A stretch of DNA of 63,889 bases, filler included, from Octopus bimaculoides (lineage: Eukaryota), in assembly GCF_001194135.2 (NCBI RefSeq). It is 5 parts of 4 records of this genome, joined end to end, with 100 filler letters (N's around TTAATTAATTAA, not from the genome) between each part and the next. Parts side by side here need not be neighbours in the genome. Positions count along the whole stretch, not along the records: positions 1 to 23,549 come from NC_068982.1; 4 more parts are not named here. One strand, 5' to 3'. The translations under genes and the position numbers were made by a program. Below the pieces are notes generated by a model that saw only the letters and a program-made list of their open reading frames with translations, ran no database searches and was not told where the DNA came from. Below, piece after piece: positions 1 through 14,445 of this stretch; the stretch's first letter is position 1; the number at the start of each line of letters is the position of its first letter.

Positions 1-202
1 CTGTATTGAAAATGTTTTGCGTTGGATGTGTGCGGTGCCCAGTAGTGCAATTTTCTGTATGTTATATATATTTATAAGTCCTGGTGTTTTCGTTATGTAT
101 TTGTTTGAATATTTTTTTATTATACCTAAGGCACCTACTATGATAGAAATTGTTTCCGTTTTTAGATTCCACATTCGAGTTACCCCTATCTCCAGATCTT
201 TG

Positions 203-269
203 TATTATTATTATTGGTGGTGGTGGTGGTGGTGGTGGTGGTTATGGTAGTGGTGGTAGTGGTAGTTGG
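203..269. repeat. (TAT)n/(TGG)n/(TAG) microsatellite
   Basis: Directly visible. Confidence 0.95.
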
Positions 270-2870
270 TTGGCTGAATCACTAGAGCGTCGGCAAAAAC
301 GTTTCTTCCGATTCGTAACATTCTTGGTTCCAATCAGGACCTGATCAATTTTGCGTTTGATCCTTTCAAGATTCACAAAATAAAATACTAGCCAAGTACT
401 GGAGTTAATTTAATCGACTAATCCCCTTCTATTCAGTTGCTTGGGGGCGCTTTTTCCTGAAAGGATAGCAAAATAGGGGAATAAAAGAATCGGTGAGGCG
501 TCTTATATATATTACTTGTGATATTTGATTATATCGTTTTATATTGTGAAAACAAAATTTCGCTAGAGTTTCTTGTCCATCATTGTATGAATGTAAGTTC
601 AATGAAATTAGTACCAACAATATATTCAGGTCCAATTTTATGGACTATTCCAAGGCATGAAAATTGCACAGACTAACATATCAGCATTTATGAAGACACG
701 TAGATGTGACAATTTGTAGAATTCAAGAAAAACGCTTGACAGGATTTAGTTATGTTCTGTTTTGTATTTTATTTTTGTCCTTTTGCGTTCGATGAAAAAT
801 AACAGCAAAAGTTTATTATGAATCGATTTGATCCAAATGAACGAGCGTCAATGTGATCGCATGAAATGCTAGTAATAGCAGTCAAATCTCCTCCAAGTCA
901 CAGACGTCAGAAAATGTAACATTGGAAAATGGAGTCCAGGAAACGCTACGTATAAAATAATTAAGGTAATCATGGATGGGCATACGTTTGATTATAGATT
1001 GATTTGATTAAGACTTAATGATGATTATAAAGACAATAAATCGATGAAATCGACTGCGCTTCATGTTACATGCTTGTGACCTTGTCCCTGTGTCAGAAAT
1101 TAATACTATTGGTTTCTTCTTTCTAACATCGATTAAGTAAACCCAAACATATGTTAGGGGTGATTAAAAGGACTATATGCCGCCCCTACAAAGTTTTTTG
1201 CATTGTATCTAAGAGCGGAAACATCATCCGCTATCGTTTTGCAAAGGACTTTTCCTAATCTCTCACTACGTTCGGTTTTATCCATTCAGACGTTTAATCG
1301 AACCAGAGTTGGTTTTTAACGAAAAGAAAAAAAAGCATGGACTGGAGTCATACTATGGCATGAGTCTTCAACTTTTAATGGAATCGCAGGCGCGCTGTCC
1401 TGACATACGGCGTGTCGGGGCATTTTGAGTCCTGCTGGAGTCAATCGTACTCCAGATCGGACCAGATTATTTCTTCTACAAACAGACAGATTAAGGAATG
1501 GTACTTTATTTATAGACCCTCAAAGAATGAAAGCTAAGATTTACCATTTGGTTCGAAAAATCATCATTATTTTCTTTTTGTATTCTTTTCGAAAAATCTT
1601 ATTTGTTTGTTTCGTTTTTCTTTGTTTTCTTTTTTGTTTTTATCTTCTGTCTCTTTTTTTATATATTTTTCAACCTTTTGGCTACTTTTACGAATGTTGC
1701 TCTTGTTTTTGTTAATGTTTATGTTGTAGCTATTTCATTGCTTCTGTCTATTTTTATTTCTATATCGGGTTTTGTTGTTCATCTATCGTTTTGTAAATTA
1801 TTCTTTCAGGTATTTTTGCTATTGTTTCATCGCTTCAGTTGTTTGCTTTTTATCATTGTTTGTGTCATTGGTTTCATCATTGATTCCTATATTATTGTTG
1901 TTGTTGTTAGGGTTAGGGTGCTGTTGGTGTTGTTGCCATTGATCCCCATATTATTGTTGCTGCTGTCGTTGCGGTATCTCAGTTATTGATATTTTCAATC
2001 GTATATCTAATTTATTTTTCTTCATTCTCATCGCCGCCATTTTATTGCTGTACAAACTCATTGCATTTCTTTTTATTGCGGTGATTTGTTTATTTATTTT
2101 TACAGTGGCAATTGTTGTTTGTTTTGCAGCTAATTTGCTGTTTCATTTTAATATGGACTGTTGGTATTGTTTTTATTGTTATTGATGGTTGTGATATTGT
2201 TGTCGTTGTTGTTTTTAGCGCTGTTATATTTTTATTTTATTGTCGTTTTAAATTCATTAAATAATTATGTAAATTTGCAAACATTCGATATCAACTTTCA
2301 AGAGACAGAAAACATATGGTAGAATGACATAAATATTTATATAAACGTAACTGAATTATCGATGCATATTCCCACAACTGATTAAAATTAACATTGTCTT
2401 TACACTACTGACTCAAAGTAACATTACGTTTAACAACTCAATCAAGATGTCAGTAACTTTACATGACTAAATCAGTAAATTTTCACTCCACTGCATTATT
2501 AATGAAGTGACAGAAGACTCCATCAGTTATTGCTCGTAAAGGCAAAGCTGATGATTTCATCCTCATAGAAATTAGCCTTGCACAAAGTTGTCAATTCCGC
2601 CGCGTGAGAACTTGAATTTCGAATACCAAACAAAGGAGAAGCTCGTTGTAAAGACTAAAAACCTCTACTTACAGCTTTGCGAACAGGATTTCGAGTTCAA
2701 ATGTATTTACCAAAGAGACAGACATTGTGCAGCGCCATCGATTCATCTTCTTGGGTCTCTCAGTAACGTATTTTTCAGTGAAGTAGTGTTTTGTTTTGTT
2801 TTTTTCAAACTCGCCAGCTTACATGTATGTAATGATTGTCAATCTAGAGAAACCTGTAGCCCTCTTCTTT

Positions 2871-2886
2871 TCTCTCTCTCTCTCTA

Positions 2887-2932
<46 letters not shown>

Positions 2933-2940
2933 TTTCTCTC
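2871..2940. repeat. (CT)n(CA)n microsatellite
   Basis: Directly visible. Confidence 0.95.
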
Positions 2941-4049
2941 TTACATACGTGATTCCTAGCTTCCCGTTCTTAAGAGGGACTCTACTTTCACAAGTTATTT
3001 ATTTGTGATTGATTATTGATACTGTTTGGACGCACATCTAACACAACTGTTCTTTGAACCAAATAGAGTTTTCCCCATTCACTTATAAACATGGTAAGAC
3101 TTCATGTTTATTAAGCATATCCCATGACAATCCCTTTGCTGCTGTATTTTCTTTCCTCAAATAAGACTTTTATAGGAATAGAACTGCTGGTTGTTTTACA
3201 TCACTACTACTGCGTCCAGGCGACGTGATTTATCCAAGCTTCGATTTATATTTCTATATTCTAGTGTAGGCCATTTAAGAATTAATTGGTTAAATCTCAG
3301 TCATCCTGTATGATGATAAAATATCACTATTTGTCTTGTAGTTCATCACGTTAGCTACTGTGCCAAATGCACCACAATGGTCGGTGGCGCTCCAGAATCT
3401 ATTATACTCACTATTAATTACATCAGCGTCCTTTTCCTCAGACGAAACAAACTTAACGCATGCAACGTAGAGCAATATAGTTTCATTTTATCAACAAGCA
3501 TGTTCAGAGAAAGGAGCTTCCGAAAACGATGACTTTATATCCTTGTAAATCGATGTACCTTTCCATAAGCAAACTGTCTTAATTATTATCACGAAGAAAA
3601 GAATGAATCGATAGCTAATTTAAAGATTTTCACGCAAGATCAGTAGAATTCGATCAACCTTAGTTTATAGAGGGTGGACAATATTGTCAGCAATATATCT
3701 GAATTAAGCAGAAATTCTAAAGGATTCTGCGAAAGACCGGATATTCATAGGCACACGCTCAAATGTTAAAATTTAATGAAACAACGTGAATTGTCTAGCA
3801 ACCAGCTTGGAAACCATCAAATGAGGTGATTTCTAATTAAGAATTTCTACACCTTAACACAAACACATCCTCGCACATATTCATAGATTTATATATATAT
3901 GTATATATACAAGCAAATACATACACAGTCGTTTTTATGTATGTACATACGCGTGTGCACATATAAAAGTGGCGGTATTAAATAGAGAAAAACGATAAAG
4001 AGAAAGCAGAAATTGTTATTTATGTGTGGGTGTGTGTATGTATGTTTGT

Positions 4050-4050
<1 letters not shown>

Positions 4051-4092
<42 letters not shown>

Positions 4093-4153
4093 GGATGGAC
4101 AGATAGATTGAGAGAGAGAGAGGGAGAGAGAGAGAGAGGGGGAGAGAGATAGC

Positions 4154-4196
<43 letters not shown>
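4051..4196. repeat. (GACA)n/(GA)n microsatellite
   Basis: Directly visible. Confidence 0.95.
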
Positions 4197-4200
<4 letters not shown>

Positions 4201-5372
4201 GCAGACAGAGAAAGCTTGAAAAGTGTAAGTATGTGTTTATGTTTGCATGTTTTTACATGTACTAAAACTGTGTAGCATGCAGGTAGGCGAATTTTTCTAC
4301 TGGCACAAACCTGTTCAAGCAGGCCATAAAATATGACTGTTTTTTTTAAAATATTGAAAGAAAAGTTTAAATTTATCTAATAACAAACAATAAAATACTT
4401 ACCTGCAAAAGATAATTAATTTTCTGAGGGAGTACGCATTTTCTATGAACCAAACTGGTTTTGTTACTTAAAAAGCGTAATAAATGGTTCAATTACAAAC
4501 AGAAACGAGAATGAAATGTTAAAACGTTATCCACTCAGCGTTCCTGGTCCAGCTTAAAACTCTGAATATCAATTGAATGGAACATAAACTAAACATACGG
4601 AAATCGGAAAGCTGTTTTTAATAAGACCTGGCGGCAAACACGCCTACCACTGAAAGTATGAATATATGTATATATATGAATATACATGTGTGTGTGTGTG
4701 TGTGTGGCGATTTTCTTCCTCCGTCTNNNNNNNNNNNNNNNNNNNNNNNNNNNNNNNNNNNNNNNNNNNNNNNNNNNNNNNNNNNNNNNNNNNNNNNNNN
4801 NNNNNNNNNNNNNNNNNNNNNNNNNNNNNNNNNNNNNNNNNNNNNNNNNNNNNNNNNNNNNNNNNNNNNNNNNNNNNNNNNNTATATATATCGATATATA
4901 TATATCATTGCTATTATGTTAAACTATCGTATGTCTAAATTTGGCAAAATGCGTTTTTTTTCCCCAATATTCATTTTTGTTTGCAATAGCCGGTCCTTTT
5001 GGTCAAACTATCGTATCTCCAGCTGCTTCAGATGCCAAGATATCAAAAATTGTCAAAGTATCGTACAACGGTTTTGCTATGGAATTGTGAAATTATTTTG
5101 TCCTCTGAAAAAGCAACGTTTTGGACTTACGACACTTTTGCATAACATCAACGATATATATATATACATTTTAATATTTGTGTTTTATGTTCAGTATAAT
5201 AGAAACAACTTTACCACAACCTGATGGGCTACTCCCAAAGTTTGTAAAATACAAATTTATTATTCTTAAACAAGAATGTTGACAGTGACTTCGAAGCTCC
5301 GGCCAGCTGGCCAATAACGTTCTTCTTTAAGAATAATAATAGTTATAGTATATATGTACGTATGTATGTTTA

Positions 5373-5743
5373 CTTTTATTCTTTTACTCTTTCACTCGTT
5401 TCAATCATTTGAATGCGGCCATGCTGGAGCACCGCCTTTAGTCGAACTAATCAACCCCAGGACTGTACTAAGCCTAGTACTCATTCTATTGGTCTATTTT
5501 GCCGAACCGCTAAGCTACGGCAACGTAAACACACCAACATGGGTTGTGAAGCGATGGTGGGGGACAAACACAGACACACAATTGCATATATATATATATA
5601 TATGTGCATAGGGATTCTTTCAGTTTCCGTCTACCAAATCCACTCACAAGGCTTTGGTCGGCCCGAGGCTATACGATAAGATACAGTGGGACTGAGCTTG
5701 GAACTATGTGGTTGGGAATCAAGCTTCTTACCACACAGCCACT
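5373..5743 (-). mobile_element. SINE family B (internal microsatellite, GAAACAAGTAAAAGAATAAAAG-type tail)
   Basis: Colinear with the other B copies: GGCCATGCTGGAGCACCGCC, AAATCCACTCACAAGGCTTTGGTCGGCCCGAGGCTATA, CTTACCACACAGCCAC. Confidence 0.88.
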
Positions 5744-5763
5744 TATGTATATAAAAACTGATA

Positions 5764-5799
<36 letters not shown>

Positions 5800-6599
5800 T
5801 TAAAAATACACAAAAGTGCACTCCTGCAAGCTTTTCATAGCAATAATAAACACTTAAAATCTTTAGTTTGTGCAAATGTGTTTTGGAATGAGACAGCGGA
5901 GGAAGACGAACGATTTGGGGTAAGACTTATGTAGTGTAAATGTTATTATGTCTACGTGCATCGTAAGTGAATTCTCTTGCCACTTTATAGTAAAGAAGAC
6001 TGGATATAACTTGTATATATAATGAATATTATAAAAAGGTGTTATTTTGTAATGACCGTATATGTTTTTGTTTAATTTCAGCATAATTTTAAATGTACGG
6101 TACATATCGGCTTTGTTTCATACTTTTTCATGTAGACTCGATTACCGTTTTCTATACAAACTACATACAAGCCCTACTAGGTTTTTCTCGGGTGCGAATG
6201 TGGGATCTCTAGTTGTATGTCCATGTTGTTTATCACGTTGGAATTTTAGACTAGCAAAAGGTCAAAATAGTTCGGGTTATTTTATTTTATTTAACATGCT
6301 ATATAAATCCTGGGCCGTTTTTATATTTCCTTTTTAAGTTTGTAAGTTTTATTTGCACCTTACTAGGCATTGCTTATTTCAGGGTGTTGATTTCTTTACT
6401 TCAAAAACATGTAGCACGCACACACCAGACAAACATGCAGTTGAATTACGCTGATTTCTGATAAATTGTTTTGTTGGTCTCGATTGATAGTAATATTACC
6501 GCGACAAACGTTCTTCGTGTTAAATTCATTTTTCACACTCATACTAAACTGCTTGTAATACAATTAAAAAACCCCACTAATTTGCATACACAAGCAATC

Positions 6600-7350
6600 T
6601 AACCACCTTAGAACTATTATAAGATATTTAATTAATAATAATTTAATAAAATTTCTAAACTACCGAGCAGCAACATTATTGAATGACATTTTCAAGTATT
6701 ACATCAATGCCCTCTCCAAAGTTCTATATAAGGAAAATTTAGATATAAAGAAAAGCCATCAACAATATAAACAATCTCCATAGAAAAGGGAACATGTGAA
6801 ATAATTTTCTATGAAACTTATCATTCGCAGTAATAATGCCTGAATTGTCTTCATCTTACTCACAATACACTGCATCCACAACCAAAATACGATTTCTAGC
6901 AGAAATACCATCACGGTACGCCTAGCGCAACAATTAATTTCGAACTCATACCAGCATCCTTAAACGAAATAGTTTCAACATAAATCCTTTAACAAACAAC
7001 TCCAAAATGACATAGTATATAGATATAAAGTATAAAGTAACCATTTTTTTATGGTATATTCGGTACTTACTTCCAAGAATTGTAAAACCTGTTATAATCG
7101 ACACACCTACACTTTTGAAAATAAAATAGAAGTAATCACATATATTTCGGTCTTGGGAGATAAAAAATATAAAGTAAAATACAAATAGGAAACATTTTCA
7201 AGAGATTAATCGCAAAAAGGTAATCACAATCCATGCAATTTATGCCACACAAAATGCAATTTCAAAAAGTTTGAATCTAAATAGAAACTCCAAAACAGCA
7301 AACCCCTGCCTCCACAAAAATTGTACATTTGATAATTTTTTAAACCTAAA
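6600..7350 (+). mobile_element. A/C-rich retroelement ORF1/gag-like remnant
   Basis: Strand-asymmetric composition and CLNCLHLTHNT (CX2CX4H) at 6837-6869; no intact frame. Confidence 0.25.
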
Positions 7351-7446
7351 ATATAAACAAAACTCACTACATCTTGCTATTTTCATTTTTGAATATTTTC
7401 TCTAATTTTTAAATATTTTCTCCTGCATATAATTTTGAATGTACCC

Positions 7447-7466
7447 GGTTTTTTTTTCTTTTTTTT

Positions 7467-7515
<49 letters not shown>

Positions 7516-7522
7516 CTTTTTT
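7447..7522. repeat. Poly(T) tract of about 75 nt
   Basis: Directly visible; three C interruptions. Confidence 0.95.
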
Positions 7523-7721
7523 GACGTCTCACAAAAATGTTAATATGCCTGTTCCTGGCTGCGCGAGCATCAGGGAATTAACAGGTCAGACAATTTTAGA
7601 TGAATAATGTCGACATTACTCAAAATGTGAACTAGTCCTTGCATGGCTGTGTGGCTGTAAGTCATAAAATATTCAGTTCATGAGCATCAAATATGAATGA
7701 ATTTCTTCAACAACATATAAT

Positions 7722-7862
7722 CTCTTCTAATCTAGGTACAAAGCCCGAAAGGATGAAAGGCAAAGTCGGCCTCAGAGGAATTTGAACTCAGAACGTAAAG
7801 ACAGACGAAATACCGCTAAGCATTTCATCCATCGTGTTAACGATTCTGCCAGCTCGCCGCCT
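7722..7862 (-). mobile_element. SINE family D with internal deletion
   Basis: GGATGAAAGGCAAAGTCG..GAATTTGAACTCAGAACG..GATTCTGCCAGCTCGCCGCCT. Confidence 0.88.
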
Positions 7863-8462
7863 TTCCAACAGTAGATAATCGACAAAAGATTGATGTCAAA
7901 AATTTAATCCTGGGAGACATGAAAACACTCTTAAAATATACACCCTTTATAAAAGATAATACAACAGAAAAAAAAAAACTTACAGGGAAAACGCCAAAGT
8001 GTAAGTAGAATTTTACATCCTAAAAGTAAATAGAAATATGGCGCAACGTGTATATATTTACACCTTAAAATGCAACAAAATTTCCTGAATCACCCGAATC
8101 TTTCTACCATTTCTAAAATCCTCATAATCTTTCACAAACACGCATATAAAATTATATCCAATAGTAACGCTTTAATTGCTAACAATCCCAGCACTGCTTT
8201 ATGATGTTCGCACTGAAAGTACTGTTACCTTCGAAATGAATAATCAGCGTTCCTTTTCTCTTTAAATGACGAGAAACTAGATGGAAAACAATAACACGTG
8301 TTCTATAAATAGATTTGGTTTTATGGACAAATAGAAATAAGGTAAAGCGGTATTTAGGCGAAATTTGTGCTTCTCTTAAATTGACGTAAGGGAAATGGAA
8401 ATCTACAGACGCACACACACATACATTCACACTAGCACACACACATACATACACACAAGCAC

Positions 8463-8463
<1 letters not shown>

Positions 8464-8555
<92 letters not shown>
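8464..8555. repeat. (TAGA)n microsatellite
   Basis: Directly visible. Confidence 0.97.
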
Positions 8556-8556
<1 letters not shown>

Positions 8557-9480
8557 CATGTTATAATACAGTTCTATATTTAAGAGATGAGGAATTATAT
8601 ACATTATTTACATTATTTACNNNNNNNNNNNNNNNNNNNNNNNNNNNNNNNNNNNNNNNNNNNNNNNNNNNNNNNNNNNNNNNNNNNNNNNNNNNNNNNN
8701 NNNNNNNNNNNNNNNNNNNNNNNNNNNNNNNNNNNNNNNNNNNNNNNNNNNNNNNNNNNNNNNNNNNNNNNNNNNNNNNNNNNNNNNNNNNNNNNNNNNN
8801 NNNNNNNNNNNNNNNNNNNNNNNNNNNNNNNNNNNNNNNNNNNNNNNNNNNNNNNNNNNNNNNNNNNNNNNNNNNNNNNNNNNNNNNNNNNNNNNNNNNN
8901 NNNNNNNNNNNNNNNNNNNNNNNNNNNNNNNNNNNNNNNNNNNNNNNNNNNNNNNNNNNNNNNNNNNNNNNNNNNNNNNNNNNNNNNNNNNNNNNNNNNN
9001 NNNNNNNNNNNNNNNNNNNNNNNNNNNNNNNNNNNNNNNNNNNNNNNNNNNNNNNNNNNNNNNNNNNNNNNNNNNNNNNNNNNNNNNNNNNNNNNNNNNN
9101 NNNNNNNNNNNNNNNNNNNNNNNNNNNNNNNNNNNNNNNNNNNNNNNNNNNNNNNNNNNNNNNNNNNNNNNNNNNNNNNNNNNNNNNNNNNNNNNNNNNN
9201 NNNNNNNNNNNNNNNNNNNNNNNNNNNNNNNNNNNNNNNNNNNNNNNNNNNNNNNNNNNNNNNNNNNNNNNNNNNNNNNNNNNNNNNNNNNNNNNNNNNN
9301 NNNNNNNNNNNNNNNNNNNNNNNNNNNNNNNNNNNNNNNNNNNNNNNNNNNNNNNNNNNNNNNNNNNNNNNNNNNNNNNNNNNNNNNNNNNNNNNNNNNN
9401 NNNNNNNNNNNNNNNNNNNNNNNNNNNNNNNNNNNNNNNNNNNNNNNNNNNNNNNNNNNNNNNNNNNNNNACATATACTC

Positions 9481-9655
<175 letters not shown>

Positions 9656-10554
9656 TATCGTGCTGCAGTTAAAATCCCATTTTAGTGGCTTATTCGCCGA
9701 GCCTAGCTACTTGAATAATCACCAAAGTGTAAACTTGAAATCTAACAGGGTTAAGAAGTCGGACTCCCCTAATTGTATAGATTTTCGCCATTAGTGAATA
9801 TTTTTTTTTTTTTATTAACATCACTAAGTATGTAGACGCATATGTGCATTTGCAAGCATCGTATGGTTGACTAATTTTCCCAGCTTTCTAATCCTCGTTT
9901 ATCTCACATATAACAACCATATGTGGAGGCGTGCATGCGAGTATATTTCTACAAAAGTAAACATACTATCCACGTTTGAAATGATGTGATAATAGAATAC
10001 ACATTGGCCTGTTTCGTACTACTTACAAACGTCTACGCTTGAGAGATGTATCAATTACATGTCGATAAATTTGCAGCCACTGCTTTCTTAGATTAGGTAC
10101 ACGTATTAAAGCGCTTTAACAAGTCTCTCACCTTCTTCAAAGTGAAATCGTCAAACACAATCCCGAACATCAAACACAGCAAGGAATTATAATTACTTCC
10201 TATTTTTACTGTTAACTCTCCTCGAAGTCGCCTCTCCTACTTAGCGTGTTTTGAACACTAACGAAGTCACTCAGTGATAGTCCACTTGATCTATATATAT
10301 ATCGGTGAGAACATGCATTTTTTCTTTCTTGGGGATCTCAAGAAAGTATATAAATCATATAGTCAGCGTTTAATTAGACTACATTGTTTACTTGACAAGC
10401 AGCCTAGTGGTTAAGATATTCGGTTGATGATCAGAAATTGTAAGTTCAATCCTTGATAATTCAAGCAGTGAATTATCTTTGATCATGACACATCACTTCT
10501 CGTTGTTCTGGGACATACAGGTGTAAAGAACTACCAGTGTTGTGCTGGTGCCCT

Positions 10555-11127
10555 TTTCATGGGGAAAGTGTGGCGAACCACCAAAAACGACCTCCAAAAC
10601 CTCCGAAGAATGCTACACTTCCAGTTTGACAGAATTAAAAGGATCGTCTTTTACGGACAGGACCATCAATTCGGATGTGTATTGGGCCAGCTGGACTAAG
10701 TAAACGCAACGACCCACCAGAAATGTCCAACACTTGCTAATCGTAAGGGCGTTGTCTTTAATCTAGACAATGTCAGACCGAACACTTCTTTGCAGACGGC
10801 AACAGAACTTGCTGGGACTTGACTAGGAAGTTTTGCCTCTCCCTCCATATTTTCCCGTTCTTGCACCATTATATTTCTGTCCGTTTTGCTCCCTTCAAAA
10901 TTCACTGAGTAGGGAGACCTTCAACGCTGAAGAGAATGTAAAAATTCACCTAGAAGAGTTTTTCGCCAGTAAAGACAGGAAATTCTTTGAGCAGCGGAAA
11001 TGGAATTGCCAAATTGTTGGCTTAAGATACTGGAATGAAACAGTAATTATGTCACTGGTTGAATAAATTACTTTCTCCTTGAAACTTTTCGTTTAAAAAC
11101 TAAAGGAATTTTCGTCCAACCCAAATA
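10555..11127 (+). mobile_element. Mariner transposase remnant with 3' TIR-like end
   Basis: TINSDVY, NRKGVVFNLDNVRP and LPLPPYFPVLAP...SLQNSL...FFASKD are degenerate forms of DNARPH and HPPYSPDLAPSD. Ends ...CCAACCCAAATA. Confidence 0.85.
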
Positions 11128-11421
11128 CTTCGGAGAAAAGAAGTACTTTTGTCATAATTTCAGAGAAAATACATCTGGAGATTACTAATAATAGTTCATT
11201 TCTATGAACTTATATTCAACTCCATTCCTCCTTTTATGCGGATCCGAAAAGTTTTGTAAATTAATGTAAAAAGCATATTCAGTTTGTTTGTATCTTTTAT
11301 ATTTGAAGGTTTCTGTTTATTAGATATAAACTACGGTGTATAAAAGCAGAATTCTTTTACTTACAGCTAACTACACGATCATGTCTGTAGTTTTCTTAAG
11401 TATCTCTTCAACTCGACGAGC

Positions 11422-11422
<1 letters not shown>

Positions 11423-11496
<74 letters not shown>

Positions 11497-11503
11497 CAGG
11501 AGG

Positions 11504-11550
<47 letters not shown>

Positions 11551-11589
11551 GATGGATGCATACATACATAAATGCATACAAATATACAT

Positions 11590-11625
<36 letters not shown>
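11423..11625. repeat. (TAGA)n/(GA)n/(TA)n compound microsatellite
   Basis: Directly visible. Confidence 0.95.
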
Positions 11626-12184
11626 GTATATGTAAATGGGAGTGAGTGGGCGCGCGTGTTTGTCTGTGCAGACGTATATGGATGTATAGACGCATATACC
11701 TTTCGATGTATGAAACTGTGTATGTGTCTGTGATTGCGTGTTCTAAGTGAGAGAAAATTTCGAAACTTCAGTGGAACTCGTCTGAAATACTAATTGCATT
11801 AGCAAAGGCTTTTCGAGACAAACAATCCTGCGGTCATCGATAGAAGAGTGTCGAAACTATCAATTTGAAGAGTTCTATTACAATAGTTTATGGTGGGGTT
11901 TTTTCTGTTTCATGTGTGTGTGTGTGTGTGTGTGTGTGTCTGTGTGCGTAAGTATTCTAATGTGTGCGCGCACATCCGGGTTTATTAGCGTCAGTCTGTG
12001 TATGTGTAGATCGATATGTATGCATCTGTGCGTATGAAGCTATACATCGCCTCAATCTCTCTCCCTCTCTGTCTCTCTCTATATATTCATATATGCATGT
12101 ATATTCACAAACACACTCACACATACACACACTCATACGTATACATATATATTTGAGTGTTTGTGCATGAGTATATACGTGTAA

Positions 12185-12220
<36 letters not shown>

Positions 12221-12782
12221 CTGCATTTAATCCTTCCTGAGTTGACTTGAAGCACAGGTATAACAATGATCATGAGAATTGCTTGCGAGAAAGAAGGATA
12301 CCAAGTAATTGAAATTAAAATAACACTATCCAGATAATTCGATATAAATTCCTGGCATGGATGTTGTAATGTGTTTACATATANNNNNNNNNNNNNNNNN
12401 NNNNNNNNNNNNNNNNNNNNNNNNNNNNNNNNNNNNNNNNNNNNNNNNNNNNNNNNNNNNNNNNNNNNNNNNNNNNNNNNNNNNNNNNNNNNNNNNNNNN
12501 NNNNNNNNNNNNNNNNNNNNNNNNNNNNNNNNNNNNNNNNNNNNNNNNNNNNNNNNNNNNNNNNNNNNNNNNNNNNNNNNNNNNNNNNNNNNNNNNNNNN
12601 NNNNNNNNNNNNNNNNNNNNNNNNNNNNNNNNNNNNNNNNNNNNNNNNNNNNNNNNNNNNNNNNNNNNNNNNNNNNNNNNNNNNNNNNNNNNNNNNNNNN
12701 NNNNNNNNNNNNNNNNNNNNNNNNNNNNNNNNNNNNNNNNNNNNNNNNNNNNNNNNNNNNNNNNNNNNNNNNNNNNNNNNNN

Positions 12783-12824
<42 letters not shown>

Positions 12825-12830
12825 TATATA

Positions 12831-13630
12831 CAGACGCACGCCATCGCAAAGTTTCTACCGAAACTAATGCAAAGTGGACAGACTTTTTTTGTTAATTAAT
12901 ATCGGTTGTTGGAACTGCACATGTTGGTACAGTAAGTCTTCTTCTATATAATGTACAACTAATTTTAGTTTCCGTAACAAGCGATGCATTTGTGCCATGA
13001 TTTCGCTCAATTTCTGAATGCTTCTTGAAATGATTTTGCCGCACTCACTTCTTCAGAACCATTCTCACCTTTCTTATGTCCTCAAATCTTTGTCCCCGCA
13101 ATGAGCAGCTGGATGTCCAGTGGTGTCAGATTTGCGCTGTACTATAGATGAGAGATCACTGACCAGCCCCGTTTGCTAGTTGCCTGATTTATACCAAAGG
13201 TGCACATTGTCATGGTGAATGCAGATCATTTTCAGGTCGTTGTTCACCTTCCTCCTCCTCCTAATAGTCCTCCAATCTTTTTCTTCGACGCACCGCTGTT
13301 CACTGACATACAGAAAATCAAGGGAAAGACGCCGTTGTCATCCGGAAAAAACAGGCACCACGACATTTTTACGCCAATCGTTGGCTGTTGAAGTTCTTAG
13401 AGCGTTGAGAAGAGGCATTATACCATTCCATGGACTCAGTTTTCGTTCCCGGATAATAAACATCCATGCACGTTTCATCCGCTGCCACCAGATCGGAGAT
13501 AAGAATGTGCCTTCATTGGTTTTGAAACAATTCCAGCAAAGCAGACTTCTAGCATTTTCCTCCTTCGCATTGCATATCAAGCGCCGAGCTACTCACTTTT
13601 CACCTACGTATGAGCTTGAGTCATATTTTA
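12831..13630 (-). mobile_element. Mariner transposase remnant
   Basis: Across frameshifts: VAADET, TKTESMEW, IHHDNVH, GWSVISHL*YSANLTPLD, WHKCIAC. The element end abuts a TA run at 12829-12830. Confidence 0.75.
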
Positions 13631-13854
13631 TTCTTGAACTCTAAAAGGTTTGACCTTATACTAACATAAAAAAAAGACTTGATTAAAATAATTAATATTG
13701 AAAGTTTACGAATTTCTAACCTTAATTCGCGAGTAGAGTTTAAATTGTACCATTTGTTGTATTCAGAAGACATCTAGTTTGGAATTAAAAAATTATGGAA
13801 AACCGATTTTCACACCTAAAGTTTTATCGCACGATATTAATAATAATATTAATA

Positions 13855-14200
13855 ACAACAGGATCAAAAAGAAAGAAGAAAAACTAAACAACTACGACAA
13901 TTTGAAGTGGGAAATACGAAGGTTGTGGTCAATGAAGAGAATAGACGTGATATTAATAGTAATTGGTGTACTTGGAAGTATCAAAACTCAACTACCAATA
14001 TGGCTGAAAAAGATTGGTACAAGTATGAAGGTAGAATACCCACAAAAATCAGCATTGCTTGGAACTGCAGGAATTCTTAACAGGATTCTTGAAGCATGGC
14101 CAGTAAACAAATGTCACCTTAGTCTGCTGGCTGGGGGCAGATGACACTTTCCATCATAGTCAGCAAAATAAGCTGAGAGTTTTCATCAACTAATGATAAT
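13855..14200 (+). mobile_element. 3' end of an R4/Dong-like RLE LINE
   Basis: KEEKLNNYDNLKWEIRRLW...IVIGVLG...QKSALLGTAGIL is the typical C-terminus; both ends abut TAA/TAT-rich repeats. Confidence 0.8.
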
Positions 14201-14266
14201 TATTATTATTATTATNNNNNNNNNNTAAGCTGAGAGTTTTCATCAACTAATGATAATTATTATTAT

Positions 14267-14326
<60 letters not shown>

Positions 14327-14401
14327 AAGAAGAAGAAGAAGAAGAAGAAGAAGAAGAAGAAGAAGAAGAAGAAGAAGAAGAAGAAGAAGAAGAAGAAAAA
14401 G

Positions 14402-14445
<44 letters not shown>

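Noticed and set aside
1425-2260. Hydrophobic F/L/V-rich ORFs resembling membrane proteins (also 19033-19494)
   Set aside because: Translations of T-rich low-complexity sequence with no domain signature.
3290-3475. 61-aa ORF with protein-like composition
   Set aside because: No recognisable homology or clear splice signals; too short to call.
14169-14267. 42-nt direct repeat (14169-14210 and 14226-14267) that could be read as a TSD or tandem duplication
   Set aside because: It flanks a 10-N gap, the typical signature of unmerged contig ends or two haplotypes.
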